The notes under the pieces: model-generated
What the model was told of the DNA's origin: nothing
The model's input: only the letters and a program-made list of their open reading frames with translations
Database searches by the model: none
In this document: piece by piece, positions 13,521 to 26,475 of the stretch
Layout: each line of letters begins with the position of its first letter
Numbering within the stretch: the stretch's first letter is position 1
From: Takakia lepidozioides
Lineage: Eukaryota > Plantae > Bryophyta
Length of the DNA: 64,000 nt
Assembly (NCBI GenBank): GCA_030704615.1
Contig: CM060732.1
Span: 77,190,001 to 77,254,000 of the forward strand
Direction: 5' to 3'
Program-made: the position numbers and the translations under genes

Positions 13521-14827
13521 ATGGTGGATCGGTTATATTTTAAGAGATTCGTGAGGGTGTTGAAAGGTACATTTCAACTGCAAATGCTGATCACTTTATA
13601 ATAATAGCACTTGCATGCACACCTACATACCCTTGGGGTCTGTTGGCTATTCAACAAAAAGTTGACCCTTGCACAGTAAAAGGACTGGAGTTTGTGAAAA
13701 ATTTGGAATCTGGAAATCTCAATCGGACAATATGTACCCACCTACCCCCTGCAGGCCCTGGCCAAATTTTGGGCCAATCAGTGAAGACATGCGAAAATGC
13801 CACCATTGCATGGGGGGCCTGTATTTTGCATTTTTTAAAACAGAAAAATGGATTTTGTACATTTTGGATGTTGGGTTGGATTTTTTTGGCTTGGTGGAGG
13901 CAACCTTTCTTCCCCACGACATCCCAGTTCTAAGAAGCCCAACATCTTGGAATTTGGAGCACATTGCGGAACTTGGTGAAAGAGGGGGGTGTAGAATTGT
14001 CAAATGAAGCAGGGATTGTGAGCACGCTAGGCTATGGGAGAGAGAGAAGGAAATCAGAAAAGCTTTCTGGAAAAAAAAAAAAAAAAAAATCCGCTAAATG
14101 GCCAAAAACTTGGCCAATTTTCCTTTTTTTTCATTCCCGCTTTTTCCGAAAGTCTTGATTGGTGGCTGAACCACGGGAAGAGAAAACATGTAGGAGCAAC
14201 CCCAGCCCTGTCACACTGACCCTAATTGCTAGCGCATTATGTGGAATTTGGCCAAGCGGAAAATGGTTGCATGTTGTACACTTGGACACCCTGTGCAGCG
14301 TGTAATTTCCTAATTCCCTAGAATTTGGCGTACATCTGCAAAAGTTATGCAGAGGAACTGGGCCCAAAATCGGCCTTAAGGGCGTTTAGGGGTTAAAAGG
14401 GAGCAGATATGTCACTGGCATCCAAAAGTATTGAGAGAGACTTGCATGTCTAACAGACTTCAGTGTGGGTTATATATGCTTAAACTATGGAAGCGTGTGT
14501 GCGTGGAAGAAATTTGCGAGCTTCACGGTTTTGTGTGAGACGTGGATGTGCTCCAATTATAGAGTCCCTGCTGAGAAAATGAGTTATCCGAAATTTGGGG
14601 GCTTGAGAGCGACGTGCATGCCTCAATCTTTTTCTAGACAGGGCTGAGGGAGATGTCTATCATTTACTAATCCACTCTACCTTCCAACACTCAACCCCAG
14701 CTCCTGGTTTTGCACCTCTTCTCAGACATATTCTGTGTGGGCCACGTGTTGTTTTTACTAGCACACAAACAAAAAGTTCGCTAATTTTAGTGTGACCATC
14801 TTTCTTTTTAGACAAAATTTTAAAAAG

Positions 14828-15062
14828 AAGCAAACACGCTCCAGACCGCTTTGCACATAAGGCCCCATAATTATAGGGGGAGGAGAGGAGAAAATAACCT
14901 CTTTCAAAGTAATGTTGCCATGCATAAGGCTTCGCAAGGGACACACGCAGTACTACAATACCACACCACAATAGTATAATACTACACCTGACATAGTAGC
15001 CGGATTTGAACCTAGAATCACAAAGGTGGCACTCAGTGCTGTAACTGAGCTACCAAATGGTG
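14828..15062 (-). mobile_element. tRNA-derived SINE, family 1
   Basis: Minus strand has A box TGGTAGCTCAGTT, B box GGTTCAAATCC, and the family tail TTTGAAAGAGGTTATTTTCTCCTCTC..GGGGCCTT. Confidence 0.75.
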
Positions 15063-18000
15063 GTGTGACTTGCAGGGTTCTATATCAGAACTTCACAATC
15101 TTTGACAAAATTATAGTTACAAGAACTTGCTTCAGATAGGGACATTTTACAATAACTAAGTTAAATCCTTTACTAACAGAAACTTTGCTATTCCAAAACT
15201 GCCCTCTCATATCCCAACTGAATTAGTTGCGTCCTGTTGTTGGTTGGTTAGTTTTCGGTGGCCATCCGAAGTGCGGAATCGGTTTGTGCGCAGAAATGGG
15301 TTGCTACAAGAGATTTGAATATATGATGGGCGCACAATTCTTCTTGAAAACAAATGTAAGCCTCCATATTCACAGTATAAGCCTCCATGGCTTACATTGC
15401 CCCTCCTCTTTTTTTCTTTTTTTTTTCTTTTTTTTTTAAAAGAGAAAGGGGACGGAGGCCCTTTTACTCAAATTAATTAAAAATATATATAACAGCAGGT
15501 GGAAAAAATAACCACCTAGGAAGGCCGTGAAGTCTAACTGAGGGGGAATTTCCCCGGAGCCAAGCTAACTTGCTACATGAGGTGCTAGACAGGAAGAAGA
15601 TTGTTGGTAGCTAGAAGGTAAGAACGAGCATGCTGGATTATGGTTCCAAAGGGGGCAGCGAGAGCGGGGTGGTGGAATCAGGGGCAGTAGAAGAAGACGT
15701 AAGCCTAAACGAGAAAGACGAGCTGACTGCCGAGGCTTTTGCAGGCTGTCTGCATTCTACCTGCTTGACGGAGGCAAATTAGGTGTGCCCCAAATCAGCA
15801 ATGGAGATCAAAGCAATGTCACTGAAGCACTTATGCGCTTCCAATAGGAGCCACTGTTTGAGCCAGCAAGGAACATCCTATGAAGCACACGTAAAAGAGC
15901 TAAAATCGAAGCTGAGTTCGGGACTTTGTAACGCGAGCCTTCTTATGTCTCCAATTAAAGTCACCGTCATCCCCATCACCAGGAGACCTCCCAGTCCGCG
16001 GGGATAGTGCCATGCCAGCAGAAACGCAAAGAGGGAAGGCTGGTGCCGAGTGTGCCATTTTCCCCCCCAGAACTGGAGAAAATCATTGAGCAGCTTGGTC
16101 TCGCGTTGCTGTGAAGATCTGGAAATAGCTGCAATGAAGATGCCCCAAGCTTTCCTCCCCTCAGTGAGCAGGTCATGGTAGATACAAAAGAAAATTGACC
16201 TGCCCCTGGGGGGTCTTCCCTCATAAACAAAAGAACACCTAGCCTTCCAGAGATGCCAAAGAGTAAGTGCCCTAAGACAAGCCCAAACAGGGCACAAAGG
16301 TAAGTTGTGAGCAGGCAGTAAGTTCAACAGCAGCAAAGAAATGGGGGGAGGGGAAGGGAAAAGATCTCAGTTAGAGGAGAAACGTATCACCATTCTCCAC
16401 ACTCTTGTAGGGAGATTACACTCTGCTAAGCAATGTTTGATTGACTCAGGCAGAATTAAACACAAGTTGCAGCAGGTGTTGTTGAGCATGGTAGCAGCAT
16501 TGACTGGCAAGATCCTATGTGCCAACTTCCACAAAAAGCCTGAGATCTTAGCTGCTTTTGGCTTCCTCCAGGTTTGCTGCGAGAGATGGAGGTGACTCCA
16601 TTTCAGATTCCATTTGTGAAGAAAGGATCGGGGAGGCCTTAATAGCGAGTAGGCCATCTTCACTGAGTAGGCAAAAAAGGGTGAGTGGTGGGAGTCCATC
16701 CAGCTCCATTCACCTAGGTCAAACTACAGGGAAGCCAAGGGGTATTTAAGAAACCACGTGAAAGTAGAATGCCGAGCCTATGTCAGCTCTTGACCCATTG
16801 GAGGGCTTGGGTTTGGATTTCCTTTGGAATCAAGCACCCTTATGGGAAATAGAGAACTCTTCGGCAGATCCATCATTCCATCGAGTTGAAGAGTCCCATG
16901 AAAGTCAGCTTCAAAAGCTATACCAGAGGTTGTATGCCCAGTTACCGCTAGGACCAGGAGGACGGTGTTACCTCTATGCAGAGTTGAAGCCGTCCAGGTG
17001 GGTGGAGACCATGAGGAATCTCCATCTCTGAGCAGTGGCTTCATATATTCCGGTACTTCATTAAGTAGCGCAGGTCATGCCCTGGCTCGTCTCAGGCCAA
17101 GAATAGGGTTGACTCTGCAGCCAAGAAATCGTTCTGGTCCCAGATGCTGCCCATTTTGGGTTATGGTCAATCAGCATACCAGAGTCCATGTTATAGTTTG
17201 CAAAGAGTGGCTGGCGGGAACATTCAGCGTAATTGAGAGGAATTCTTTGAGTAAGGGAACCTCTTATGGATTGCCAAGTTGCCCATATTGACTACCAAGG
17301 TCTCGATCCCATGTGCACATTCGCATTTTTGCCTTGCACTACCCATCGTAATGATTAAGTCCATAGCAGGGAGGAGGTGGGATGCGCACCCATGAGATAA
17401 GGTTGAATGAGCTTGCTCCAAGGACTGTGACGATGAATCAAGGCTTTGGGGATCCATTTGGCCAAAAGCGCCTTGATCTACGTTGCAGGATCAATAATCC
17501 CAAGCCCTACCTTCTTCTTAGGTTGACAAAGCTAATCCCATGAGATGAGTACTTGGTTGGCCACCAAGGCTCTTCCCGCTATGGACAGCATGGCTGAGCT
17601 CCAGTGAGCAAAATCTCTTCAACCTAGTAATAACCATACTCAAGATGCTTCATTGGGACAGGTTGAGACCAATCTGATGTCCCAGAAGCGTGTGGGACTC
17701 CCCTTCAGGAAGCCAATTGAGACCAATGTCTTGTCCCCAGGGGTCGCAGTGTGATGAGGTAGTTTGGTTCTGCAGCAGCGAGAGCAGGCCCATGGACTTT
17801 CGCCAATTGATCTTCAACCCCGAGCCTAAACAGAATATTTGTAGGGCATGAAGGGCACGTTGGATATTGTCTCGATTTGAATTATCCAACAACAGGGTGG
17901 TATCATCGGCATACATGGAAAGCTTGACCATTTCAGGTACGAAGGTAGGTAAATGAAGACCCACTATATCATGTCTTGCCTGAAAATGATGCCCAAGAGA

Positions 18001-20422
18001 GTCTGCCGCGATGAGGAAAAGAAATGGAGCTAAAGGGCATCCTTGCCTAACCGACCTAGAGATAGGGAAGGAATGAGATATAACCCCGTTCACCATGACT
18101 TTGCTTGAGGCCGAATGCAACAGAATCTGAACCCACGTCAGGAAATTGCCTCCCAGCCCTGATTTATGTAGAGCAGCAAGAAGGAAGATCCAGTCAATTG
18201 AATCAAAAGCTTTTTCAAAGTCCAGCATTAAAAACACTAAAGGCTGATTGTTCAAGGTAGCTCTATGGAGGGCCTCATGTGCCAACTGAATGTTATCCAA
18301 AATCATGCGGTCTTTGAGGAAACCAGACTGCTCTTTCCTGATGAGTTTTGGTAACAATGGTTGCAGCCTCAAGGCAAGGGCCTTAGCAATTATTTTGTAC
18401 GAAGAATTGAGAAGGGTAATGGGACGGTAGTTCGCCACATTGTCTCTCTCACCTTTTTTATAGATCAAGGTGATAAGGCCTTCAGACATTTGGGAAGGCA
18501 TCAGCTGCTTCTGAAATATATCGTTGGCCATGCGGAGAAAGTCCTCCCCCATCGTCTGCCAAAGAGCCTTGAAAAGTTCAATGGGAAGACCATCCGGACC
18601 TGGGCTCTTCATAGAGGCCAAAGCATCCACCGCGTCACCCAGTTCTTGCACAGTGAACGGTTCTGCCATCCTGCCCTTATCCAGAGTGGTTAGTGAGCAG
18701 GGGATGTTATGCAGGAGGATCTGTCTGGCCTCAACCACCTCGGGAGATTGTGGACATGCCTGAAAAAGATGTTTGAAGAAATCAGCTGCAGTATCGGCCA
18801 TCTTCTTGGGGTCTGATGAAGGCTGACCAAAGGTATCTTTTAAAGAGGGAATCAAGGTGGAGGATCGACGTTGTGCTGCCTTAACAAAAAAGTACTTGGA
18901 CATTTTTTCTCCTTTGAGTGACCAGTTCACACCCGCCTTAATCTTCATGAATTGTTCCCTGGAGTGGAGGAGGAGGGCTAGGTTCTTTTTGGCTATTCTA
19001 TAGGAGAGCCGGGTCTGAGAGTCACCTTTACCCTCTTGCAACTGAAACTGGCAGACTGTAGGCATTTGGTAAGTGCCATCTCCTTGCGAGAAGCTTCCTC
19101 AGCCTTCTTTCTAGACAGTTGCTCGCAAGTGCTTCTTTATAGATTGGAGTTTGGATAGAAAGAGGAGCGTGGGGGAGGAGAAGGGAAGGTCAGCAGAGGA
19201 CCAAGCCCTTCGAAGAATTTTAACTGCCTCAGGGTCGGATAGAAAAGAGGGGTTGAGTTTGAAGAATCCTCTTCCCTTGACCCTAGAACGTGGGGTGTGG
19301 AGGAATAGCTGGATTGCGGAGTGGTCGAAACCGGTGGGGATGGGAGGAATGGGGGATCTGATAGACCAGTTTAGCATGTGAGCTGAACAATAAAATCGAT
19401 CTAGACGGGCCATGGAGAGGTTGGGAGGGTCTCTGTTGTTAGACCAAGTGTACCTTAGTTCTCCGTTGAGCGGGGGAGAGACATCAAGTAGCCCAATCAC
19501 CATACATAAGGAATCCCAAACGTCCCTTTCAGCAACAGAGATATTTTGGACATTGGAACCCCAACGATCTCCTTCAAATTCAACCATGTTAAAGTCACCT
19601 CCAACCACCCAATGATGAATGTCCGGCTGCTGCAACACTTTCAGCCTCATTTGAGACCAAAGCTCAACCCCATCACTACAAGAGATGAGCGTTTTTAGGA
19701 CTACGGATTTGGCGGAGTCATAAAAATGGCACTAGGTATACGACTACAGAGCGCTGAAATGCGTTGCAGTCATAGTTTTATCACTTTATAGTAATGGATA
19801 TCACTACATGACTCCGGAAAATTAGGGAGCATTGGTCAAACATTGTTGACCATGATGACAAGGATGGTTTTATGACTAGTGTGATATGTTTGACTAGACG
19901 TGGACTACGTTTCATGGAATCTTGTGACTCCATGACTGAAGATGGTTTTACAGCTCTATTTATACGACTACATCCCTACACGTGTCATTTTGAAAGCACA
20001 TACATGAATGTATTCATCTATTGGATGAGTTTATCCATCGATGACATGGCATGCTGCAAATTGTTTCATAACTCTATATATATGACTATGTCACTACACA
20101 TGTCATTTAAAAGGCATATACATTAATGAATTCATTCAATGGATGGGTTCATCCATCCGCCTATACGGTGTGTCGATTTGATATTTGTTCAATAAATTGG
20201 ACCTGGATGGACGTGGCTTAACAAGGATCGCAAGATATATGAGATTAAAATACGTGGTTGTACAATGTTAGATCATGTGATGGAAATTATTTTGAATCGT
20301 TAGATTTTACAGGATCTAACGGTCTAAATTGTTTAAGATCTAACGGTTTAAGATTACACCGCCGAACTTTACACCGGGCTGGGACTTAGGCTTTTTTGTC
20401 TCTTGCGTTTCACCATCTATTT

Positions 20423-20520
20423 GATGTTGTGTCATGGAACGTGATGATCGTAGGATATGCAGGGACGTGTGATGGAGGCTTTGCAGACCTTCCTACTCTT
20501 GAGCAAATGATGCAGGAAGG
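20423..20520 (+). pseudogene. captured PLS-PPR P-motif fragment inside the CACTA
   Basis: Reads DVVSWNVMIVGYA...EQMMQEG. The first 38 nt are 33/38 identical to 62578-62615 of the PPR gene. Confidence 0.75.
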
Positions 20521-21949
20521 AGAAGAAGAGGAGGAGACGAGACGAGGAGAAGATCCCAACATTCTTGTGAGCTCGCCGTTTTTTGGGAGAGAGATGAGAC
20601 GAGGAGACGCTCGCCGTTCTTGGGAGAGTCAGCTTGGTCTTAGCAGGCCGTGTTTCAATCTTTGCCTGCTCAGCTGCACCGTGGTGGTTCGATCTCACAT
20701 ACCAATCCAACATTACCTGACTACAGATACAAGCAGCACACACAAGGGGTCCTTTTGGGCTGATGGTCGGTCAAATCCTCTATGGGTCATGATACAAGGT
20801 AAAGGACAATGTGGTGAGGATACCTTCTTCTTTGACCTATTTCAGCCTGTTTTGCTCTGTTTGGCAGCATGAAAGTATCCAAAAACAGGTAATAGAGATG
20901 AGGAGAAACTTTGGAATGAACACTTTCCCGACCCCAGTCAATGGCGAGACAATGGAGACAAAAAGGTGAATGCATGTTGGACTACACTAGAGAGAAGTAG
21001 ATGCAATTTAGAATTAGAACTACTATAATAATTAGGGTTGGGGTTTGCTGGAAGAACTTCCCGCCGTCAGTGTCAGCTGCTAGCAGCAAGTATTCATGAT
21101 TTGTACACAGACAGGGGTAGCTAAAGGACCAGGGATAGAGGTCCACGTTCATCCAAGAGGGTTTTTAAGGTTTCATCCATACTGAATAAAATTTTTGTTA
21201 TAACCATAACTGGATGATTTATAGGCAGATATGCATTTCAATGCATTTTAGGTTTATGCTCCTTTGATTTAAACCTATTGAATGCCCATTTTTCATCCTG
21301 GTCTGATACCATCCATACCGGATGGTGGATGAAATCGCGGGTGGTTTTCCTTTAAGTGTCTCTCTGCCCTAGACACAACACGATATCGTGCGTGTTTTTT
21401 TTCTCTGGAAGAGGGCGATGGCGGACGAATGCTCGATGGCGGCTGAATGCCCGAGCAGCAAGATCCGAACGGGTGTGTTCTTGTTTTTTGAACGCGCGAT
21501 GACGGCAGACACTTTCATCTCCCGCGATGGCAAATGACATACTGTTATGTTTGCCTACGTTTTTTCCTCATTGATGAAGCAACGACGGTTATGGAGGTGG
21601 GGAAGCGGCCTGTATTACAAGATACAACCTGTCCTCAACTCTCCTCCCGTTGCATTCTGTTGTGCTCGTTCAAATTCAGATGATGAACACTGCAGCGTCC
21701 TACTCCACAAAAGATTGAGGTTCTTTGTGGTGTCACATCTATGCTTTCTTCTGCTGGTTCTGTGATCTTTGCATGCTTTATGGCTCATACCTGACATGGA
21801 TAGCAACTGTGAAATCCTGTAATTCACCTCGCGCATCCTCACTAACGCACAAAACATTTTTTGTGTTTGTTTTTGGGACGGGCACAGGTGAGGGATTTCA
21901 CTTGGCATGAACTCTTTGGCTTGCAGATGATCTGGTTACTGCAGGAGGG

Positions 21950-23310
21950 ATAAGATATGCTACAAGCTGCCGTTGTTGCAATTTTCTGCTTCAAAGTTGC
22001 TTCAAGGGGGATATGCCTTAAACCTTTACTTTGATTTCTGGTTCTTGGTAACCAAATCTGTTAAGTCAGGGAAGTAAATGGGCTGGGCCTCCTAGAAATC
22101 AGACCTTATTGTGAAGGTTCGGGCTGGTTGTGATGACAAGGGTTTGGTGATGCAAGTGTGACATTGGATGCATTTTTCCAGACCTGTTTTCTGGCCTTTT
22201 GGAGAGTCAGACAGTGTTGTTTATGCCTCACCAGTTTAGAATGTATTAAGTAAGGCATTGGGTAAGCTTTTTTAAGAACACATACATTCTTTCAGGCTCC
22301 CCCATGGAGATTATAACCTGATTACAGACTGGTATTTTTGAGGATCTCTCTAAAACTTGGCAGAGTGACTGGATAAAGCCTGGGATACATACCATAGCCC
22401 TGCATCTACTTATGGAAGTACAATCAGTTCAGCTTGTGCTTTTAGGAACATACAAGTCCTTTAAAGCTGTAATAGGGAATTGTTTTCATCAAAACTCTCA
22501 CTCTTAGGCCTGCTGGAATGGTTTTCTCAAAGACCTGTTGAGCTTACAACATACTTGTTTAAGCTATTTGAACCCAAGAATTACCAAGCCAGTATTTTTA
22601 AAGGGCTTTTTTGATTACGAACTGTATTCTTAAGCTCCCCCCAGAGATTGGGAATGTGACATGGTAATGACTCTCTCTCTCTCTCTCTCTCTCTCCTCCT
22701 CTGATACATGATACATATATACATGATTTGTGCAGAGGCATGGATAGCTGAAGGAGCAGGGATAGAGTGCATGGGTCCAAATTCATCCAAGAGGGCCGGA
22801 TTTCAATCTCCAGATTACATATGATTCCCTGTGGAAGGATAGCTACAAGAAACTTGCATGGATAGATGATCAATTGGTTGGTCTTGAGTTGAAGAGCACG
22901 ACCCCTGCAGGGATGTCTCTCCATCTGTAGATCTTTTAGGAAGTGGAAGGCTAGGCCTAGGGCCCAGCTTTGTTATGACATTGTTAGCTGATTTTCAGTT
23001 CTTCTCCTTAGCTCGGTGCCTTTCTGTTTCCAAGTTATGGCAGTAGTTTTTGGCTGCAGTCTTTTTTCCTTCTAGACTCTTTAGCTCTATGCAGACCCCC
23101 TTCTTTGCTTGCCTTCCTTCTTACTACTCTTTCTTGTCTTGGTACGCGAAGCTGTGTCTTCCTCTTTCAGCCTCTATGGCACTCTATCCAGAGGTTATTT
23201 TTCCTCTTTGTATCCAAGTACATTTTATGTCCATTACCTATAAAGTTCTAGAGGCCACTGTCCCCCACTGTCCCTCTTTGTTAACAAAAATAAAAATAAT
23301 AAAAAAAGAC
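21950..23310 (+). mobile_element. degenerate L1 3' fragment inside the CACTA
   Basis: QIC*VREVNGLGLLEI resembles the L1 post-RT W..IC.PK..GGLG motif. Pyrimidine-rich 3' UTR, stem-loop AGAGG-CCACTGTC..CCTCT at 23250-23277, A-rich tail. Boundaries approximate. Confidence 0.55.
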
Positions 23311-24207
23311 AACAATGGCTTCCATTCTATTTTCCTAGATACCTAATGAGAATTTAAATCAATTAATAATCTAAATATTATGTATGATTTAATTTATTAA
23401 ATTAAAATATTATTAAAAAACCTCTTTAGTCATGAAGTTATATATTCATGACTACATCATGGCAACGTGGCATGATATGATACGATATTCTTTCCCACGT
23501 GTAGGTCATATATGTTGTCCATGTGGACACGTGTCACATCCGGAGTGCTACATATGTCTCTCTGACGCCTCTCCAATGGAGTTATACTTTGTAGACATGT
23601 AGTCATATAGTTAGTCATATATAAATCATATAGTTGTGACTACATCCTCTCTACAGCATGACTCCAGGTGCCACGCACGCAATCACGGCTATGACTTGCA
23701 AAACGCAGTCCTAAAGACTAGTCGCTATGACAAGGTTTTTTTCACTGCAGAGTGATATAGTCATGAACGCATATAGGACTGAAAAAATAGTCATATGTGC
23801 AGTCATAAAAACGTTCATCTGTTGTAGTGCATCCTCCTCAGAGTTGGGAGCATACACATTGACAATCCCTACCTTTCCAATGGACTGGCCTAGGTCTATG
23901 GTGATGGACTGAACCCGACCCTGGACCCAGATGTCGTTGGCCAAAATAATAGGACCCAAGGTGGGGGAGGCCAAGATCGTTGTTCCCCCTCTAGTGTCCA
24001 CCACTGTGGGATTCCAAAATGCAACATGAGAAGGCCAAATAGAAACACCTAGAGAGTTAATTTTGGCATCATCTAGCTTATGCTCTTGAAAGAAAATAAG
24101 GGAAGAGCGATTGATGAAATTGGAGGCCCAGTGTCTGATTCTTGCCCTTTTTGGGGCAGAGTGATCAGACCCTATTCCCCGAATGTTCCAGCCAGTCAGG
24201 GAGAGAT

Positions 24208-26475
24208 TCATGGAACAACATGGATAAGGCCTACGCTGTCCCCGCAATTTGATGGCCAAGTTGGAAGAAATCTGAATCTGGTCCTTTTGTCAGTAGGGTG
24301 AAGTGTGGAAATCCATTTGAAGCCTGCAGGTGGGGGGAGCAGCGACGGCATTTTCCATACATAAAATGCCCTAGATCTTTTCCTTTTGTTTGGGGACTTC
24401 AATTCCAATATCTGGTTTCTGGTATCAGTCATTGTAGATAAATCATTCAAGGAGAGATCCCAAGAAAGAGCAGAAGAGAGAAAAGAGGCAGCGGCCACTG
24501 AGAGGAGAGGAGTGGTAGAGACGCACCAACCAGGAAGGACTTTGAGGTTTGGGGGTTGGTTATCAATTACCAGCGCCCAACCCCGCTTGGGGTTGTTGTT
24601 GTCAGGGACAAAAAAGAGAATGGGGAAATAAGCATGAGTAATGTTGCTTACCGCAGGTGGCGAGTCGATGGTCTCCTCCGGAAACACAAGGTCAATGCCG
24701 ATATTGTTGGCCCCATTTGATGATAAGAGCATGTCATTCTCGTGAAAGAGGACTAGTTCCTTGTTTGTGCTGGGCCCCAAGTCAATGGTGCGGTCTTCTT
24801 CATATGTTGCCAGCCCCTTTTGCTTCTGCAAGCTCATGAGCTCAGCTACCATCTTATGACCTTCCTCCATAATGAGGGAACTGCGAGCCCAGGTGCTTGG
24901 GTCAGCGACTCTGCACGACAACCCAAAACTGTCCACCCATAGCCATTTGTTGGCAGCTCCAGAGGTGTCTAGATCTTCGGAGGAAAATATTGGCAGAACG
25001 TGAATAATTGCCAAGTTCACCAAGGCAGCATTATTCCCCACCATAATGCCTATATGCTTCAAGTGGGAATGCAAGAGGGAGGTGCAAGGAAAAAATTCCC
25101 TAAGGATCTGCCTGGCCAAGTGCAAGGTGATGTCTCTTGGATTCTGGATATCAAGCTCTGAGGGTAAAGAGTCGTTGACCCAGGGAGAGCAGAAGCCTTG
25201 TCCAGAAGAGGGGATACAGAAATTTGTGTACTCGTCAATAACTGTGAAGACAAGTGGAGTAACACAAATAGCAGCTTTGTCCCTGGCATAAGCAGTCCCT
25301 GGAGCCCAGCCTGTAAGAGGCTTCCTGGAAAAAAAATGTAGTTCCAGAAAGGAGATTGCTGGGCTGGTGCTGTTAAGCTGCTGAAGTTCCTCCTCAGAAA
25401 ACGGGAAAGAGGTCCAAGCGTCCCTGATTATGACAGGGTTGAGGTCGTATGGTCGGTTGGGATGGATCTATCTTGGCGTGCCCCCGTTTCTTTTCCTCTT
25501 TTTGGAGAGTTGTCCTTTTTTAAGGACCTCCGTGTCCATTTCTCGAGATGCCTCAACAGTAGTGCTTGGAGCTGCCGATTTGGCAAGTTTCGGGCAGTTT
25601 GATTTTACGTGCCCCTCCCCGTTGCAAGCAAAACAAATGGTGGAAATCAGCTCTTCACAGATAGAGACCACAATAAAGGAGTCATCTAGTGTAGGGAGCT
25701 GGCATGAGAACAACGATTTTTGGCACTCCATTATCCCTGGTGTAATCGTAGAGGGCGGCCTCAGTGTCCACGCTTATGATGGTGTCCTGAGCCGGCTCGA
25801 AGACGTTGAGAGAGCCTATGAACGTGCCAAAACTTGCTTCTATCTCAGGGAGTGAAGTGAGGTAAGTGGCGGGGAGAAAAGGGATTGCAATCACCTTGGG
25901 CTTCCATATTGTTCCCTTCTTGTGGCCCCAATCATGCGTCCAAGGGAACAAGAAGACTTTTGCGGCTGACATCTGGGGTTGAATCTCAGCGCCGCTTTTG
26001 CTTCCTCCGGAGTACAAAAGAGAACTAGATAGAGGCCCTTGCCCATGGAAAGGTAGAAATGTTGAGCGAGCCCATCTTCTGCTCCAAGGTGCTCAACGAT
26101 CCACTTACGCACCCAACGCCTGGGGCTCAGTTTTTCCGGGAAATAAAGAAGAATCCTTCTCTGTGACAACTTTTGCGCTTGTGACTGAAGTTTCGCTTTG
26201 TCTAGGGCTAATACAGGCTGCTCATCATCTCCCTGTGGTATCGAGTCTTCCCAAATTTCATCATCCGAGTGAGGGGACTGCGCATTACCTGTGGAGCTCG
26301 GTCCTTTGCCCGGGATAGAGTCCTTTGAGCCATTTGGTGCGTAGTTGGGTTTGAGGATCCACTTCGTTTTGCCACCTCTGAATGCAAGCGCCAAGTTATC
26401 CCGAGTCTTCGAACCAGTACGCATGGTCGAGCCACCCCGGCTCCCGTGCTTGCTTGTGGTACCTTGAGCACTCAT
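24208..26475 (-). pseudogene. L1 ORF1 (long, disrupted)
   Basis: MSAQG start at 26475, a typical ORF1 segment GKGLYLVLF, and zinc knuckle CFACNGEGHVKSNC (~25600-25640). The downstream frame ends at TGA 24208-24210, overlapping the ORF2 ATG. Confidence 0.7.

Larger units (their letters stand above)
19674..23829. mobile_element. non-autonomous CACTA (En/Spm) DNA transposon with cargo
   Basis: TIRs CACTACAAGAGATGAGCGTTTTTAGGACT and, as reverse complement, CACTACAACAGATGAACGTTTTTATGACT (26/29). 3-bp TSD CAT on both sides. GACTAC/GTAGTC-like subterminal repeats. Removing it restores the L1 frame YAPNSEEDGVELWSQMRLK. Confidence 0.95.
15878..24211 (-). pseudogene. L1 ORF2 (endonuclease-reverse transcriptase), disrupted
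   Basis: Motifs MNLSLTGWNIRG, NVYAPN, GGDFN, RLDRFY, FDHSAI, KSPGPDG, NYRPITLLN, LDFEKAFD, RQGCPLAP, YADD and CNLC..ESIKHC. Carries stops, frameshifts and the CACTA insertion at 19674-23829. Confidence 0.92.
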
